NCBI GenBank assembly: GCA_963787265.1
Contig: CAWBCX010000050.1
Location: 118,583-182,582, forward strand
Origin: an uncultured Alphaproteobacteria bacterium
GTDB lineage: Bacteria; Pseudomonadota; Alphaproteobacteria; Geminicoccales; Geminicoccaceae
Direction: 5' to 3'
DNA: 64,000 bases
Numbering within the stretch: position 1 is the stretch's first letter; each line of letters starts with the position of its first letter. Shown here piece after piece: positions 61,184 through 64,000 of this stretch. The notes beneath the pieces are model-generated. The model ran no database searches, had not been told where the DNA came from, and saw only the letters and a program-made list of their open reading frames with translations. The translations under genes were made by a program, and so were the position numbers.

Positions 61184-63433
61184 ATGCCATTCCGTCGAAG
61201 CCTTCTCTTTCTGCTAGCCTCGCTTATCTTCGTGCCGGCTGTCTGCGCGCAGGGCTGGTCCGATGATCCGGGCATCGAGGCTCGGGTCGAGATATTGCTG
61301 AAGCAAATGACACTGGAGGAAAAGCTCGGCCAGCTCAGCCAGTATTCCGGCGGAGTGCCGACCGGTCCCGGCACCGACCGCGGCAGCTATGAGGAGATGA
61401 TTGCCGCCGGACAAGTTGGCTCCTTTCTCAATGTGAGCGGCGCCAAAGCCAATCGCTACCAGAAAATTGCGGTCGAGCGGTCGCGCCTCAAAGTCCCACT
61501 GATCTTCGGCCTCGACGTCATCCACGGTTACCGCACCATCTTTCCCACCCCGCTCGCGCTATCGGCGTCCTTCGATCCGGCGCTGGTCGAACGAGCGGCT
61601 CGGATTGCGGCGATCGAAGCGCGGGCGGACGGCATACGCTGGACGTTCTCCCCCATGGTCGACCTCGCCCGCGACGCGCGCTGGGGCCGCATCACCGAAG
61701 GGGCCGGCGAGGACGCCTATCTTGGATCGGTCATGGCCCGCGCCTATGTCCGCGGCTACCAGGGAACGTCGCTGAGCGAGCCCAGCTCGATCCTTGCCTG
61801 CCTGAAGCACTATGTCGGCTACGGTGCCGCGGAAGGCGGGCGCGACTACAACACGACCGAAATCCCGGAACGTCTGTTGCGCAACGTCTACCTGCCGCCC
61901 TTCAAGGCCGGCCTGGATGAAGGGGCGGCGACGGTCATGAGTGCGTTCAATGCGCTCAACGGCATTCCGGCCTCGGCAAACGCCTTCACCCTCCGCCAGA
62001 TCCTGCGCGAGGAGTGGCAGTTCAAGGGGTTCGTGGTCAGCGACTGGACGTCGATCGCCGAGACGATCGCCCACGGCACGGCGATCGACGGCAGAGAGGC
62101 GGCGCGAAAATCGATCACCGCCGGCGTCGACATGGACATGGAAAGCGATCTCTACCGCACCGCTTTGGCGAGCGAAGTCAATGCCGGCAAGGTGTCGGTC
62201 TCGACGATCGACCGAGCCGTCCGGCGCATCCTGCGCGTCAAGGTCGAAATGGGCTTGTTCGAAAACCCCTACGCCAAGATCGAGCCGGAAAAAATGCTGC
62301 TGCCCGAGTACCGGCGACTGGCTCGCGCAGCCGCGGAAAAGTCGTTTGTTCTTCTGAAGAACGACGGCGTGCTCCCTCTGCTACCGGGCGCCCGCATTGC
62401 CTTGATCGGGCCGCTGGCTGACAGCGCCCAGAACATGCTCGGCGCCTGGAGCGCCAAGGGCCAAGCCAAGGACGTGATCACATTGCGCGCTGCACTGTCG
62501 GACAGGCTCGGCGCGGGGTTGGCCTATGCAAAGGGCACGAACACACGCGACGGGTCCGAAAGCGGCTTTGCCGAAGCGGTTGAGGCTGCCCGGCAGGCCG
62601 ACGTTGCCATTCTCGCCCTAGGCGAGAGTGCATCCGATATGACCGGCGAGGCCGCTTCGCGGACGGAACTCGATCTGCCTGGAAACCAGCAGGAGCTGCT
62701 GGAGGCGGTCGCGGCAACTGGCAAACCTGTCGTGGTCCTGGTGTTCAGCGGCAGACCGCTCGTGCTCAGGCGGGTCGCCGCGCAGGCAAGCGCCATTCTG
62801 GCGACCTGGTTTCCCGGCACCGAGGCGGGTCCAGCGCTGGTACGCACTCTTTATGGAAACAACAATCCGAGCGGCCGCCTGACCGCGAGTTTCCCACGCT
62901 CGGTCGGACAGCTGCCACTCTACTACAATCAGCTCAGCACTGGCCGACCGCTGCCTTCGGGGTCCGATCCTGGCGCGACCAGTCCGACGGCAAAGTATAC
63001 GTCACGCTACATCGACCAGGCTAACACGCCGCTCTATCCGTTCGGGTTCGGGCTCTCCTATACGACCTTCGATTATGGGCCAGTGGAGCTCGAAGCGTCG
63101 ACTTATACAGCCGAAGAATTGAATGCCGGCAAGGCGCGCGTCAAGGTCAGGGCCGACATCACCAACAGCGGCAGGCGCCGGGGCGAGGAAGTCGTGCAGC
63201 TCTACATCAGCCAGAGCGGCACCAGCGTTGCCCGTCCGGTACGTGAGCTGAAGGGTTTTCAGCGGATGTTCCTGAAGCCCGGCCAAACCCGGACAGTCGA
63301 ATTTGCGCTCGGACGCGAGGAGCTGGCGTTCTGGAACATCGACATCGAAAACGTCGTGGAGCCGGCCAAGTTGAACATCTGGGTGGCCGGAAGCTCGGTG
63401 GCTGGAAAGCCGGCGAAACTGACCATCGAGTGA
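61184..63433 (+). CDS. bglX: Periplasmic beta-glucosidase, glycoside hydrolase family 3 (BglX-like)
   Basis: ORF 61142..63433 with the signal 'MPFRRSLLFLLASLIFVPAVCA', 'KHYVGYGAAEGGRDYN', the nucleophile region 'GFVVSDW', and a C-terminal fibronectin-like domain. Confidence 0.9.
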   Translation: MPFRRSLLFLLASLIFVPAVCAQGWSDDPGIEARVEILLKQMTLEEKLGQLSQYSGGVPTGPGTDRGSYEEMIAAGQVGSFLNVSGAKANRYQKIAVERSRLKVPLIFGLDVIHGYRTIFPTPLALSASFDPALVERAARIAAIEARADGIRWTFSPMVDLARDARWGRITEGAGEDAYLGSVMARAYVRGYQGTSLSEPSSILACLKHYVGYGAAEGGRDYNTTEIPERLLRNVYLPPFKAGLDEGAATVMSAFNALNGIPASANAFTLRQILREEWQFKGFVVSDWTSIAETIAHGTAIDGREAARKSITAGVDMDMESDLYRTALASEVNAGKVSVSTIDRAVRRILRVKVEMGLFENPYAKIEPEKMLLPEYRRLARAAAEKSFVLLKNDGVLPLLPGARIALIGPLADSAQNMLGAWSAKGQAKDVITLRAALSDRLGAGLAYAKGTNTRDGSESGFAEAVEAARQADVAILALGESASDMTGEAASRTELDLPGNQQELLEAVAATGKPVVVLVFSGRPLVLRRVAAQASAILATWFPGTEAGPALVRTLYGNNNPSGRLTASFPRSVGQLPLYYNQLSTGRPLPSGSDPGATSPTAKYTSRYIDQANTPLYPFGFGLSYTTFDYGPVELEASTYTAEELNAGKARVKVRADITNSGRRRGEEVVQLYISQSGTSVARPVRELKGFQRMFLKPGQTRTVEFALGREELAFWNIDIENVVEPAKLNIWVAGSSVAGKPAKLTIE

Positions 63434-63904
63434 GTGGGCGGCTGCTTCTGGATTACGATCCGGACACGGAGAGCCGCTCCCCGATAGCCGGACAGTAACG
63501 TAAGCTAGAGAGCCGTGTCTGTTGGTCGCCGAGTTGAGGAGACCGACGATGTCGAAGCGGAACTAATACAAGCCAGAACGGCAAAGGTGGCTCTCGAGTT
63601 ATCTTGATCATGACGATTTATAGCAACCTCTTTCGTGGCGGCATTTGAACTACAACGTCATGGTTGTTTGAAGAAGCTCATAGGTCCGTGACCTAGTCGA
63701 TCCGGCAGCCCTTTAACGTCGCACCCATTTGATTGACTTGTTTCGAATTTCTTTCCTACACTTCCTATCGGGTCAAGAGAAGCTGCGCGGACGACCTCCG
63801 TGTGGAGCCTCATGGTTCCGCCGATCATAACAATACCGAACCGGCGAAAACATCGCGGCGGCCCGCAATCAAAGATCGCTCAGTGATCTGTCAGGGAGGT
63901 AGTA

Positions 63905-64000
63905 ATGAAGGTCCAGCTCTATCATCAGATGATGGCCATGCAAGCCAATCGTCGCTCGGTTCTGAAAGGCGCTGCCGGCGCCGCGGCGGTTCTTGGATCG
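63905..64000 (+). CDS. Start of a secreted (Tat-like signal) protein, probably a solute-binding protein; 3' end outside window
   Basis: The ATG at 63905 follows a GGGAGG RBS. It encodes 'MKVQLYHQMMAMQANRRSVLKGAAGAAAVLGS'. Confidence 0.45.
   Translation, partial: MKVQLYHQMMAMQANRRSVLKGAAGAAAVLGS

Overview
High-GC alphaproteobacterial (Rhizobiales/Hyphomicrobiales-like) chromosomal segment, densely coding on both strands. Gene order, left to right: phoU-phoB; a TPR protein; sppA-rlmN-IalB-like; an ECF sigma with a ChrR-type anti-sigma; DUF1330; rhodanese; acyl-CoA synthetase; a WD40-cytochrome c fusion; an acidic/proline-rich membrane protein; aminotransferase; GGDEF-EAL; fdhD-mobA; beta-barrel OMP; typA; YcaQ-like; MBL lactonase-like/ABM/NIPSNAP/DUF1127/ArsR; actS-actR; MocR/DUF1127/PhzF; cysD-cysNC; an atypical S8-like protein; a secreted 17-Cys (C-N-P-C)n repeat peptide; a His-rich conserved hypothetical; yeeE; a CUT2-type sugar ABC transporter; aatA; DUF192; HAD/FGGY/xylB; a SorC-regulated CUT1 ABC transporter with an FGGY kinase, a 2-hydroxyacid dehydrogenase and a class II aldolase; an AT-richer patch with IS1595 and ISAzo13 remnants; bglX. 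I saw no rRNA, tRNA or CRISPR array. Two things stand out. (1) An orphan, well-signalled small gene at 37450..37812 encodes a Sec-signal peptide followed by about 73 residues made almost only of A/N/P/C. It lies in a sulfur-assimilation neighbourhood, and I cannot place it in any named family. (2) About twenty reading-frame breaks fall in otherwise well-conserved genes (phoB, aatA, sppA, the sigma/anti-sigma pair, yeeE and others). They cluster at 0.3-12 kb and 38-45.3 kb, while 12.7-38 kb and 45.3-64 kb read cleanly. The sequence alone cannot tell assembly error from gene decay. A roughly 130-bp palindromic intergenic repeat occurs twice, in opposite orientations.
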